From Candidatus Parcubacteria bacterium (GTDB taxonomy: Bacteria; Patescibacteriota; Minisyncoccia; Phycocordibacterales; UBA918), in NCBI GenBank assembly GCA_046050355.1, contig JBJOPW010000002.1:32001-96000 (forward strand): a DNA stretch of 64,000 nucleotides, given 5' to 3'. Numbering within the stretch: position 1 is the first letter of the stretch; every line of letters starts with the position of its first letter. Under the pieces are notes generated by a model, which saw nothing but the letters and a program-made list of their open reading frames with translations, searched no databases and was not told the origin of the DNA. A program made the position numbers and the translations under genes. Shown one piece after another: positions 1 to 9,551 of this stretch.

Positions 1-1198
1 TAATATAGGGATCTGTACCTTTGCCTGAAATGAGCACATACCCACCGTCGGGTACACGCGCAAGGGCTTTTTGTATTGCCTCACGACGATCCATAATAAT
101 GGTGAGTTTACTTTTATCGGTGATACCTTCGGCCATGTCAGCGACAATTTTGCGGGGGTTTTCGTCGTACGGGTCTTCATTGGTGAGAATAATATGGTCA
201 CAGTATTGTTCAGCGATACTACCCATCTCTGGTCGTTTCCAGGTGTCGCGACCACCACCGGTATTGCCCAAGATACACACTTTTGGCACAGCGGGAAAAG
301 CTTCATAAAACTGCGTCAGTGAGTCAGGGGTGTGAGCATAATCAACGACTGCGGTTACTGCCTTTTGGTTTTTTTCACTATGGAATTGTTCTACTCGACC
401 ATGAATAGGAGGGAGTGTCCGAAAACCACGTTCAATAGTTCCGAGTTCAACTCCCAGTGCTCGTGCGAGCGTCGTGGCTCCGAGTGCATTGTAAACATTA
501 AAGAGACCAACCAGTGGTACCCGTATGGTAGTGCCGTCTATCACCATAGTGACACTATCTTTTTGGAGTGAATACAGTGAGAGGTTTTTTAGACTGTAGC
601 CTAGTTTATATTCGACAGCAAAATCGAGGAAATCAGCCCCGTGCTCATTATCAAGATTGGCCACCAGATAGCGGGGACGCTTCTGTGATCGTGATACCGC
701 CCCCGCAATACGGAGTTTGGCGTTTTTGTAGTTTTCAAATGAACCATGTGATTCTATATGTTCGGGGCTGAGATTAGTAAACACCAATGCATCAAACTCT
801 ATAAAGCGGTGTCGAAATTGCTTGGCCCCCTCTGAGGTCATTTCGAGTACCACATGGGTACAGCCAGCATCAACCGCTTGTCGTAAAAATCGTTGCACAA
901 AAAAGCGCCCAGGCGTGGTCATCTTAAAGAGGTTGCGGGTTTCTTCGTCTCCGACCATAAACCGGATAGTTGAAAGAGAAGCAACCCGGAAACCATGAGT
1001 GCGCAACAAATGTGCCGTCATTTCAGTGACGGTAGATTTGCCTTTGGTACCAGTAACGGCAATAACGGTAATCTGACGACTCGGGTGTCGATACCATACG
1101 GCACCGAGGTAGGCGAGTAAAAAATGGTAAAGGGGTCGGACTTGGTGTAAGACAGTTTTTGGAATAAAGCGTTTTAGCTGATACAGGATAGAGTCCAT
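1..1198 (-). CDS. murE: Mur ligase (MurE-like UDP-N-acetylmuramyl-tripeptide synthetase), runs off the left edge
   Basis: Manual translation of the minus strand from ATG 1198 gives the P-loop GTKGKST and C-terminal GKGTDPY in the same frame. Missing from the ORF track because it is truncated by the window. Confidence 0.85.
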   Translation of the reverse strand, partial: MDSILYQLKRFIPKTVLHQVRPLYHFLLAYLGAVWYRHPSRQITVIAVTGTKGKSTVTEMTAHLLRTHGFRVASLSTIRFMVGDEETRNLFKMTTPGRFFVQRFLRQAVDAGCTHVVLEMTSEGAKQFRHRFIEFDALVFTNLSPEHIESHGSFENYKNAKLRIAGAVSRSQKRPRYLVANLDNEHGADFLDFAVEYKLGYSLKNLSLYSLQKDSVTMVIDGTTIRVPLVGLFNVYNALGATTLARALGVELGTIERGFRTLPPIHGRVEQFHSEKNQKAVTAVVDYAHTPDSLTQFYEAFPAVPKVCILGNTGGGRDTWKRPEMGSIAEQYCDHIILTNEDPYDENPRKIVADMAEGITDKSKLTIIMDRREAIQKALARVPDGGYVLISGKGTDPYI

Positions 1199-1272
1199 AT
1201 GTATGCCATTATACGGCGAGGCCAACTGTTTGGCTAATAACCACAGTAAAAACCGGTAAATGAGAGCATTTT

Positions 1273-1839
1273 TTAGTGGAGCTGCCGTAGCGCTTCAGTT
1301 ACAAGTAGGCTCGTTGACGCAGTATCGCCAATTTCATCGAGTATTTGACGAATAGTTTGTGGGTTGTAGCCAAGCGTAACGAGCGTATCAAACGCATCTT
1401 GGTACATGGTGCTATGAACTTGGTTGGTGGGTATGAAGCTCGTCGTGTCGAGTTTATCTTTGAGTCCAAGGACAATTTTTTCCGCTGTCTTTTTTGATAT
1501 ATTTGCCATCTTGGTGAGATGGAGCGGATCCTCCAGAGCGACCGCTTCGTGTATTAAGGCAGGATCAGCTTGATCTAAAATCTGAAGGGCGCTTTTAGGT
1601 CCGATACCAGAGATGGTCAAAAGTAACTCAAAGAGGTGGAGCTCTTCCGGTTGTATAAATCCGTATAGATCAAGGGCGGTTTCTCGTACTGCTAAGTGAG
1701 TATAGAGGCGAATAGTCTCACCGGGGAGGGTAATCAATCGGTGTGTTACAAACACCAAATATCCAACCCCACCAGTTGTTTCAATAATTAACGAATTATC
1801 AACGGTATGAGCAACGGTACCAAAAATAAGACGAATCAT
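1273..1839 (-). CDS. ruvA: Holliday junction branch migration protein RuvA
   Basis: GGVGY, LYGF, ISGIGPKSAL HhH motifs and C-terminal LVTLGY. Likely start MIRLIFG at 1839. Confidence 0.93.
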   Translation of the reverse strand: MIRLIFGTVAHTVDNSLIIETTGGVGYLVFVTHRLITLPGETIRLYTHLAVRETALDLYGFIQPEELHLFELLLTISGIGPKSALQILDQADPALIHEAVALEDPLHLTKMANISKKTAEKIVLGLKDKLDTTSFIPTNQVHSTMYQDAFDTLVTLGYNPQTIRQILDEIGDTASTSLLVTEALRQLH

Positions 1840-1931
1840 AATAGTGCTATTGTACACCATGAGTGGGGAGGAGGATGCCATTGATTTATTTTGTGAAATA
1901 CCGTATAGTACGCACCACATAAGAAATCGAT

Positions 1932-2201
1932 ATGGCAATTACTAAAAATGCAAAAAAAGCAGTCCGCTCGAGTGAACGAAAGCGCGTGTACAACCTTCGT
2001 CGTACTACCGCTATGCGTGACGTGGTGAAGTCTGTAAAAAAGACCGCTTTGGCGGGTGATGTTGATGGAGCTAAGGCTCTGCTTCCAAAAGCATACAAGG
2101 CGATTGATAAAGCTGCCAAGCGTGGCGTTATCAAAGCCAACACCGCTGCGCGCAAGAAGTCACGTCTCGCCGCTGCAATCAAAAAAACAACTACCAAGTA
2201 A
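1932..2201 (+). CDS. rpsT: 30S ribosomal protein S20
   Basis: MAITKNAKKAVR...IDKAAKRGVIKANTAARKKSRL. Confidence 0.97.
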   Translation: MAITKNAKKAVRSSERKRVYNLRRTTAMRDVVKSVKKTALAGDVDGAKALLPKAYKAIDKAAKRGVIKANTAARKKSRLAAAIKKTTTK

Positions 2202-2215
2202 GTTGTAAAAGATAC

Positions 2216-2248
2216 AAAAACCACTCGCATTAGGTGAGTGGTTTTTGT
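2216..2248 (+). terminator. Rho-independent terminator after rpsT
   Basis: AAAAACCACTC...GAGTGGTTTTT inverted repeat. Confidence 0.7.
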
Positions 2249-2261
2249 ATACTGGATTGAT

Positions 2262-3047
2262 ATGCGAACTACACATATCGTCGGTATAGTAATCACGCTC
2301 GCACTCATTGGGGGTCTTGGTTGGGTAGTGAGTCTCCGTCTTCCGTCTCACACCACTACAACAACTGGTAATGAAGACGAACGCTTTAGAGACGCGACAG
2401 TAGTAACCTATCAAAGCAATGATGGGGAGATAACGGTGGCGTATATTAGCAATCTCGCTCGTATCTCGGGTGGCAAGTATGATGGTCTGGTATTACGACA
2501 AATAGTGGCGGCTTCAGGAGCAAAGTATGAAGGCGAACGCGGTGTCACACTCTGGACCAAAAACAATGAAGTTCGGATTGAGACACCACAACAAGTAGTG
2601 TATACCGGTACGGCGGTGCCGCCAGAGACACTACTACCAACACCTACGGTAGTATCAGAACCAGTACTAGCCACTACCACTGCCATTACAACCGATGCCA
2701 CTACCATCACGTTTAGAGACAAAACCTGGGTTTGGCAATCAGCGGTGCAAGATGGAACTAGTATAGAACCAAAAAAATCAGATGCTTTTACGCTCACCTT
2801 TACTACAGAGGGTGTTGTAGAAGGGACGACCGATTGTAATGGGTTTGGTGGAGACTATACCGTCACTGACAACGAAATCCGCTTAGGAGCACTACGCCTG
2901 ACGCTGATGTTTTGTGAAAATTCAGAAGAATCACTATTTATTGAGTTACTTGAAAGCCCGCTGACCATTGTGACGATGACCGAGAGTGTACTTGAACTAG
3001 AAAACTCTCTGGGCGAAACCGTACGTTTCTTGAATAAAGAACAGTAA
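2262..3047 (+). CDS. Membrane-anchored MliC-like + META (HslJ) domain protein
   Basis: N-terminal TM, AASGAKY...LWTK (MliC-like), Thr-rich linker, GTTDCNGFGGDY...TLMFC (META). Confidence 0.75.
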   Translation: MRTTHIVGIVITLALIGGLGWVVSLRLPSHTTTTTGNEDERFRDATVVTYQSNDGEITVAYISNLARISGGKYDGLVLRQIVAASGAKYEGERGVTLWTKNNEVRIETPQQVVYTGTAVPPETLLPTPTVVSEPVLATTTAITTDATTITFRDKTWVWQSAVQDGTSIEPKKSDAFTLTFTTEGVVEGTTDCNGFGGDYTVTDNEIRLGALRLTLMFCENSEESLFIELLESPLTIVTMTESVLELENSLGETVRFLNKEQ

Positions 3048-3051
3048 TGTA

Positions 3052-3765
3052 TCAGCGGTAGCGTTTTTCTAATTGCCGTTCCATCGGCGGCGGTAGGGGT
3101 CGAATCCCTTTCGCATTGATTGTTGATGTACCAATACGCGGTCCAAACACCATGATGTGGTCACCAAGCTGAGGCATGTATCCAGCTGGACGTTTCGCAT
3201 CACTCAGGAAGACCAAGTATTCGCCTTCGGGGTTTATGATGGTGATAGTCGTATCTCCGAGAGCGTGGACCATACCAGGGGTAATATCTCGTGGCCGCTG
3301 ATCTCGTTGCTGACGATAGAGTGGACTAACGCCAGGAATGTGTCGATTGTCAGCAGCATCTCGAACCCGATCATGGATAGCCCAATAATCAATCACTGAT
3401 GCACCAAAAAGTACCAAGAGGACTACACCAAGGAGGGTGTACACAGCTCGGTGGCGGTAGTTGTGTCCAAAGTGGCGAGCTAATAAGTAGACAGTAGCCA
3501 AAAACACAACCGTGATCAAAATCAGTAGCCATGGTGACATGGTTACAAAAAACCAAAACCCGTCAAAACCAAAACCAGGTGTCCACCAGAGACCGCTCTC
3601 ACGGAGTATAAAGAGAACAAAACTAAGGAGATAGATACCAATGAGTAATGTCACCAGTAAACCACTGGTAAAAAAGAGACTCGCGAGCAAAAAGTGCCAC
3701 TTCGGCTTCATATCAATTTTCCCTGTTTTGATACTCGCAAGGAGGTTGTCTTTAAGATCTGTCAT
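3052..3765 (-). CDS. Membrane protein, probable anti-sigma factor partner
   Basis: 3 TM segments; overlaps the stop of the ECF sigma gene. Confidence 0.6.
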   Translation of the reverse strand: MTDLKDNLLASIKTGKIDMKPKWHFLLASLFFTSGLLVTLLIGIYLLSFVLFILRESGLWWTPGFGFDGFWFFVTMSPWLLILITVVFLATVYLLARHFGHNYRHRAVYTLLGVVLLVLFGASVIDYWAIHDRVRDAADNRHIPGVSPLYRQQRDQRPRDITPGMVHALGDTTITIINPEGEYLVFLSDAKRPAGYMPQLGDHIMVFGPRIGTSTINAKGIRPLPPPMERQLEKRYR

Positions 3766-4319
3766 GATGTGATGTGGTTACTTGGAAACAAGGTTTTTAA
3801 GCGGGCTTTGGCTCGGTGGAGGCGAACCCCCACTGCCGATATGGGAATATGGAGGATATCGCCAATCGCTTCGTATGATAACTCCTCAAAATATGCCAGT
3901 GTAATAATCTCACGGTCTTTTGGCTTCAATTGTGCGAGGTGGCGTTCAATGAGTATTGTGTTTTCTTTGGCAAGGACCGTATCAAGACTCGATTCCGGGG
4001 CAATGAGGGTAGGTAAGAAGGCTTCGGTATCCAAATCAAAGAATCCACGAAATCGACTTTGTCGACGGAGCTCGTTTACAAAGGTGTTATGCGCAATGCG
4101 GTATATCCATGGTGAAAAGCGGCCGGTCGCATCAAAGCTTTGGAGGTTGGTGTAGGCTTTAATGAAGACGTCTTGCACCATGTCAGTAATATCGTCAGTT
4201 CGCCCCAAAAACCGACTTCCATAACGACAGAGTTTCTGTTCGTACCGAGTAATGATTTCACCAAATGCGTCTTTATTACCTTGTTGTACCCGCATAACCA
4301 CGGTCTCGTCACTGTCCAT
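3762..4319 (-). CDS. ECF RNA polymerase sigma-70 factor
   Basis: DMVQDVFIKAY, FSPWIYRIAHN, LSYEAIGDILHIPISAVGVRLHRAK. Confidence 0.92.
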   Translation of the reverse strand: MDSDETVVMRVQQGNKDAFGEIITRYEQKLCRYGSRFLGRTDDITDMVQDVFIKAYTNLQSFDATGRFSPWIYRIAHNTFVNELRRQSRFRGFFDLDTEAFLPTLIAPESSLDTVLAKENTILIERHLAQLKPKDREIITLAYFEELSYEAIGDILHIPISAVGVRLHRAKARLKTLFPSNHITS

Positions 4320-4405
4320 ACTGGTAGTACACCACAGATGGACAGATATTACAAAAGGCAGGCACGTGAGTGCCTGCCCTCTATGTTGTATGTATAGTCC
4401 GAGAA

Positions 4406-4918
4406 CTAGTTATCTTCGTTTGGTCGGTCGCCACCACCATGACCACCCATCCCTTTGCCGCCCATTCCCGGTCCTTTGAGACCAAGCTCTTCCATGATGG
4501 TACGCGCAGCTTCGTGATCTCCAGCTTCACGGAGGGTATGAGCTTCAATAAGCTTGGCGAATTTTGCTTCGGTATCAATTGTGGTACTCATTGGCGTGTC
4601 GGCCGCAGCCGTCTTAAAGGCCGCAAAATCGTTGGCTTCAATAGCTGCTTTTATCACTTCGTGTTCAGCTTTATGGGCTTCACGCATAGCTTCACGTATT
4701 TCCTTCATGCGCTCGGCAGTGATGCCAGCATCTTCGAGTACCTTCTCAGCTTCTTCATGAGCGGTCTCACGAATTTCACGCGCTTCTTCGAGAGCAGATT
4801 GTTCGGTGTCGGTGAGGTCGATATTGAGTTTATTAAGCATGTCAGTGCCAACAAACGCACTGGCAGTCGTAGCGGTAATTGCTAGTGCCGCCAGAGGAAT
4901 AAAAATTTGTTTCAACAT
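4406..4918 (-). CDS. Secreted helical protein (possible ECF regulon member)
   Basis: Signal peptide ending ASA-F, charged helical body, Gly-rich tail. Confidence 0.7.
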   Translation of the reverse strand: MLKQIFIPLAALAITATTASAFVGTDMLNKLNIDLTDTEQSALEEAREIRETAHEEAEKVLEDAGITAERMKEIREAMREAHKAEHEVIKAAIEANDFAAFKTAAADTPMSTTIDTEAKFAKLIEAHTLREAGDHEAARTIMEELGLKGPGMGGKGMGGHGGGDRPNEDN

Positions 4919-5252
4919 AGGTGTAGAGTTAGAATAAGTAAGTGAATCACAACGTTGTAGTGAAAGTTCGGTTGTGATCGTGTGCTTTTAAGCAACCGAT
5001 CTTTCATCAGTAGTACACGGAAGAAAGAGAGTTATTACAGGTTGTCCGATTGAAGAGAAATAAATAGATCACCGTCATATTGTTTTCCTCTATAGTAGAT
5101 CTTTATTTTCAGCCTCTGATTCACAAAATGCTCAGTTGGACGAATCGTAAATGAACGATGATATATCATATTTGGCGTCAGTGGTACTACATCGATCTGA
5201 TACCGGATAGGCTTACCTGGTAAAGATTGTAAGCCAGTCACTTCAAAACTAT

Positions 5253-5834
5253 TTGAGTCATGCGACATTTGAATTTCCAAAAGACAGTGGCAATTGGTAT
5301 CAAGGTAAGCATGAGCCGATTATCACCAAAGAACTATTTGATCAGGTAAAAATGCAGCTTTCAGGTAATATGCTCAAGAATCGCAAAGATAAAGAATTTG
5401 CCTTCACTAAGCTCATGACCTGTGGCTTATGTGGTTCAGGTATCAGTGCCGATGAAAAATATAAGAAGCTGAAAAATGGTTCTGTCCGTGCCCATGTATA
5501 TTACGGTTGTACAAGAGCGAAAGACAAACATTGTAAATGTGGCTACCTACCAGAGACTGAACTCATCAAACAACTCCAGGCACTGGTCGATAAGGTAGAG
5601 GTAAATGAACTGTCTGTGAAAATGCAGATAGTGGCGGAGGTGACGAGGTATAAGAAGTTCGAGGCGTCCCTCCTGGGGCAAGAGCTCAACTTTGAGGTTG
5701 GAGATATTGATATAAAGCGATACATCAAGTTCCTACTAAAAGAGGGATCAGTAGAAGAGAAAAGGAGTGTAATGACATGCTTTCAGTCGTCGTTAACCAT
5801 GAAAGGCAATACCGTTAATTTGTTCGCAATTTAG
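5253..5834 (+). pseudogene. C-terminal fragment of a large serine recombinase (recombinase + zinc ribbon)
   Basis: GKHEPIITKELFDQV, CGLCGSGI...YYGC...C zinc ribbon; catalytic N-terminal domain absent. Confidence 0.75.
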
Positions 5835-5865
5835 TTGACAAAAAGTCAAATATGTGTATTATAGT
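5835..5865 (+). promoter_or_regulatory. Sigma70 promoter for the RAMP-like gene/array operon
   Basis: TTGACA at 5835-5840, TATTAT at 5857-5862 (or TATAGT at 5860-5865); GAAGGA RBS before ATG 5932. Confidence 0.75.
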
Positions 5866-5931
5866 GCCCACGACAAAGTAAGTCGTGTTCTCATCGTTAC
5901 TTGAAACTCACAAACTGGAAGGAACTACAAC

Positions 5932-6555
5932 ATGCAGACCGCGATGCTCACCCTCCGCAGCAAAAGCCCCATCCTGATGAATCCGATGACCGACGAAACG
6001 CTCGATGAGCTGTTCGCCGGCGCCGGCGCCCGCAAGGGCAAGCGGGGTGACCTGACGCAGGAACAGGTGGCCGAAAAGAAGGTCATCCGTTGCCCTGACA
6101 GCAACCAGATCGGCATTCCGATGGAATATCTGATGGCCGCTCTCGTCAACGCCGGCCGGCAGGTCAAGTTCGATGGCAAGCGCAACCTCTCGACGGCCAC
6201 GAGCTCGCTCGTGCCGGGTCTCATCTCGCTCGGCGAGATGTTCTACCCGTTCAAGAACCAGACCCCGCCCGAAGGTCAGACCCATCTCTGGGTCATCGAC
6301 AAGCGGCGTGGTGTGCTTCAGGCTAACGGTGTCGCGGTGGCGATCATCCGCCCGAAGGTCATGGAATGGGAAATCGACGTCTCGGTCGACTTCGACGAAA
6401 CCGAGCTGAACGAGGCCAAGGTGCGTGATCTGTTCGACAAGGCCGGGCAGTTCATCGGTCTCGGCGACTTCCGTCCCGCCTGCAAGGGGCCGTTCGGTCG
6501 CTTCACGGTGAAGGAATGGGCGGTCGTGACCCAGGAGGTCAAGAAGGCCGCCTGA
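5932..6555 (+). CDS. Stand-alone RAMP/Cas7-like (Vipr-like) RNA-binding protein
   Basis: N-terminal strand LTLRSKSPILM, IGIP..YLMAAL helix, C-terminal Gly-rich loop GLGDFRP..KGPFGRF typical of RAMP folds; immediately followed by the structured array. Confidence 0.75.
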   Translation: MQTAMLTLRSKSPILMNPMTDETLDELFAGAGARKGKRGDLTQEQVAEKKVIRCPDSNQIGIPMEYLMAALVNAGRQVKFDGKRNLSTATSSLVPGLISLGEMFYPFKNQTPPEGQTHLWVIDKRRGVLQANGVAVAIIRPKVMEWEIDVSVDFDETELNEAKVRDLFDKAGQFIGLGDFRPACKGPFGRFTVKEWAVVTQEVKKAA

Positions 6556-6560
6556 TCTTT

Positions 6561-7679
6561 TGGCTGACTACACTCCACTGTTCTTCGTTGGACTTTGGTG
6601 TGCTCGGCTTGAGTGAGGGTCGGGCGATGTGAGTCGCCCGACATGTATGCACTAGCGTTACCTCACGTCTCGCTCAGTGTCGCAAGTCACTCTATCGTAA
6701 GGGCCCGAGACCATGTGGTCTCGGGCATTTCTTTTAGTAGACTACCGTGCGCCGTGCTAACGTAGACTCTCGCTTGTTTCACTTATCCTGACTACGGGCT
6801 GGGCTTTCAAAACCCAGCAAACATAGCGTAGTCTATGGTACTCTACGCTAGACTAGCCCGATCCTTGGAGTCCTATTCTATGGGCGGGGCTTTACTTGCT
6901 CCGCATTCTTAGGCTTAGGTGGCGTGTGGTAATGTTGCCATTGTAAGGGTCGGGGGTTTGACTCCCGACATTCAATAAGGTTGACCTACGTAAGTTCTGC
7001 ATCGGTGGGGTCGTCTTTTGTAAGTTCGTCTGAACTTCGGGTCAGATGGTTCCATCCATTTGACACTAATCTAGCGGGCTTAACTGCGGCACTCTCCACT
7101 AGGGTAATCAGTCCTACGGGTCAGGTGATTTTTGTCATCTGACAACTTTACTGCTCCCTGATGTACTCTGAGGTTCACTGTCGAACTGCTAGGTACCGCG
7201 CGCTAGCCTACGGGTCGGGTGATTGTAATCATTCGACAAACTTTATAGTACTGTCGCCTGTGCCTTCCTCTGCATAGGTACGGCAGCGTAGTCTTCGGGC
7301 TGAGGTAACCAATCCTCGGCGTACCATTCTCCGTGGTTGCGCGTCGCCCGGTGATGTTTGCTCCACTCCGGTAGGGGTCAGAAGCAGACTATCGTTTCTG
7401 ACAATTCAATAAGCCTGCGTGCACTGGGCTGTGGTTACGTCTGGTGAAGTATTCCGAACTTTTCTAAGGGCCAGAGGTAGCTTGCTGCCTCTGGCAAACA
7501 ACTCGTTCTTTAATCAATTTAATGCGGAGATATTTTTCTCCGCTCCGATAGTCGGCTGTGTGGCCGACCTGATGATTCCGAAAGGATGAAATCGGTTTTT
7601 CACCACTCTGTGGTGTCCTAGCCTAGCGTGGGGTGTTCTGACCTAATCTCCGGACGAGGAGCGCCTCGGCGCTCCTCGT
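6561..7679 (+). repeat. Putative guide-RNA array 1: 12 units of 5-nt periodic tract (SY-NNN)n + GG + hairpin
   Basis: Hairpins at 6619-6642, 6703-6726, 6798-6818, 6884-6904, 6949-6969, 7041-7064, 7120-7143, 7214-7237, 7299-7320, 7377-7402, 7470-7495, 7654-7679. In unit 1, T recurs at 6569, 6574 ... 6614. Confidence 0.9.
7545..7595 (+). ncRNA. Type III hammerhead ribozyme
   Basis: CCGAT-A / GTCGGC-TGTGTG-GCCGAC / CTGATGA / T-TCC-GAAA-GGA-T / GAAA-TCGG; predicted cleavage after A7550. Confidence 0.85.
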
Positions 7680-7721
7680 AGTTCCTTGAAATCTAAAATC
7701 AACGTCTTGAAAGGAGACGAT

Positions 7722-9545
7722 ATGAAGCATCAATCCATGACGGCAGCCTTTCCCCGTCATATCCATCCGGATATGAAGCGGAATCAAGCTGAAGCATTAG
7801 CGTTTCTCGAAACCCACGGAGCAGCTCTTCTTGAGCTTCCGACTGGTTCAGGGAAGACGGCCATCGGCCTCACATACTTGCGTGCTCACGAGCACTCTGG
7901 AACCACTACTCTTTTCTATCTGGTGCCGAACAAGACCCTCGCGGGTCAAGTAAAAGCCCAGTATCCCGAGGTGAGTGTCGTCTATGGACGGAACGAGCAT
8001 CCGTGCTTGTTCTATCCCGATGAAGAACTGAAAGCGGACGAAGTGCCTTGCTCGTACAATACGGGCTGTCCGCATCGAGTCAATCAGGAGACGGGCGAGA
8101 CTTTCGTGAAAGGAGCGGTACCGTGCCCGTACCTGCAACAGAAATATGAAGCGCGTCAGGGCAAGATCGTCGTCGCCACCTTTGCCTTTTACCTTTTTGC
8201 TGTGTATTTCAATAAGCAGTGGGAAGATGAAGGTCGTGCGGTCGTGGTCGATGAAGCACATCGGCTGGCTGAATCGCTTCGCTCGGTGTTGTCTTTCGAA
8301 ATCACCGACTACCAACTTCGGCGGGCCATGGAAACCTTGTCGGACTTCGCTGATGCAGATACCATGTCCCATCTCGAGGCCTTTGAGGCTACTTTTCTGA
8401 GAACGGTGAAGTCGAAACCAAGCGGTACGCAAGTATTGTTGGATCAGACGGAAATCGCAGAACTGCTGATGCGAGTCGAACGTATCCAACCCAATCGTCT
8501 GCGCGATATGATTTCGCGGGCGGTGCGGGAAGGTGCGATTGATCCGGTTCGCGACCGTGAGAGCCTTTACCGGCTCGAAGCGGTTACGCTCAGTCTCGGT
8601 CGCTACCTGCGGTCGTTGCAATATTCGGTGAAGACTGAAGAACGCAACGCCCTCAACTACACCTTTGCCTATTGGGAAACCGATCGGAAAGAAGGTGAGC
8701 GCATCCAGCACCGGCTTGTCGTGAAGGCCTACATGGTGACCCCGCTCGTGCGGAATATGTTGCCCGAAAAGACCTTGGCGATGAGTGCAACTGTCAGTGA
8801 CCCTGAGACGTTCGCGATTGAGAATGGCATTCGGTTGCCGTTTCTCAGCCTGACTTCTGACTGGCCTCATGCCAACACCAGGATCTTTATGCCAACCGAT
8901 ACACCGAACCTCGCGACCAATATTCGTGATCGGCAAGGTGTGTCGCGGAAGCAAAATCCGCGTGAGAAGAGTAAGGCTCTGCGCAAAGTGGCTGAGGCGT
9001 GCAAACGCCTTGGTAATAAAGGGATTCGTTCACTCGTTATCGTGGTTTCAAACCAAGAGCGGGAGAAGTTTCTCGAAATTGCCAGAGGTCTCGAGCTCGA
9101 TACAGTCAGCTATAACAGTAAGTTGCCTCCGCGTGACGCGGTGGTGGCATTCAAATCTGGTGCTGGTACTGTCCTTGTGGGAACGGGAGCACACTATGGT
9201 GAAGGTGTTGATTTGCCTGACGGCACAGCACCGGTGACCTTTGTGCTTCGGCCTGGTTATCCGAATCCCGACGAGCCCGGAGCTCGCTTCGAAGAAGCGC
9301 GTTTCGGCAAACGTCGGTGGGCGGTCTGGCAGTGGCGTGTGATTGTGCAGGCATTGCAAGTACGGGGTCGCAACGTGCGGAGTGTGAATGACAAAGGGGT
9401 AACCATCTTCGTGTCTCAGCAATTCCGCAACTTCGTGGTACACTCGTTGCCGAAGTGGCTTCAGCCAGCATACCAAGGGCAGAAAACGCTCGAAGAATGC
9501 TTGGCTGAAGCGGAATCGCTTCTACTGTCAAAAGTGGAGGCCTAG
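7722..9545 (+). CDS. DinG/XPD-family SF2 helicase with Fe-S cluster motif
   Basis: PTGSGKT, GRNEHPC..VPC..GCP..CPY, VVDEAH, MSAT, GEGVD, QVRGRNVRS; AAGGAG RBS before ATG 7722. Confidence 0.9.
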   Translation: MKHQSMTAAFPRHIHPDMKRNQAEALAFLETHGAALLELPTGSGKTAIGLTYLRAHEHSGTTTLFYLVPNKTLAGQVKAQYPEVSVVYGRNEHPCLFYPDEELKADEVPCSYNTGCPHRVNQETGETFVKGAVPCPYLQQKYEARQGKIVVATFAFYLFAVYFNKQWEDEGRAVVVDEAHRLAESLRSVLSFEITDYQLRRAMETLSDFADADTMSHLEAFEATFLRTVKSKPSGTQVLLDQTEIAELLMRVERIQPNRLRDMISRAVREGAIDPVRDRESLYRLEAVTLSLGRYLRSLQYSVKTEERNALNYTFAYWETDRKEGERIQHRLVVKAYMVTPLVRNMLPEKTLAMSATVSDPETFAIENGIRLPFLSLTSDWPHANTRIFMPTDTPNLATNIRDRQGVSRKQNPREKSKALRKVAEACKRLGNKGIRSLVIVVSNQEREKFLEIARGLELDTVSYNSKLPPRDAVVAFKSGAGTVLVGTGAHYGEGVDLPDGTAPVTFVLRPGYPNPDEPGARFEEARFGKRRWAVWQWRVIVQALQVRGRNVRSVNDKGVTIFVSQQFRNFVVHSLPKWLQPAYQGQKTLEECLAEAESLLLSKVEA

Positions 9546-9551
9546 CAATGA

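Noticed and set aside
6561-7495. Run of Rho-independent terminators, REP elements or integron attC sites
   Set aside because: The hairpins lack U-tracts, are not sequence-conserved, have no intervening cassettes, and this would not explain the 5-nt periodicity.
6561-7679. Canonical CRISPR array
   Set aside because: No identical direct repeats, the spacers are internally periodic, and no cas1/cas2/cas6 are present.
7848-8954. 368-aa antisense ORF
   Set aside because: Shadow of the helicase gene with no recognisable motifs.
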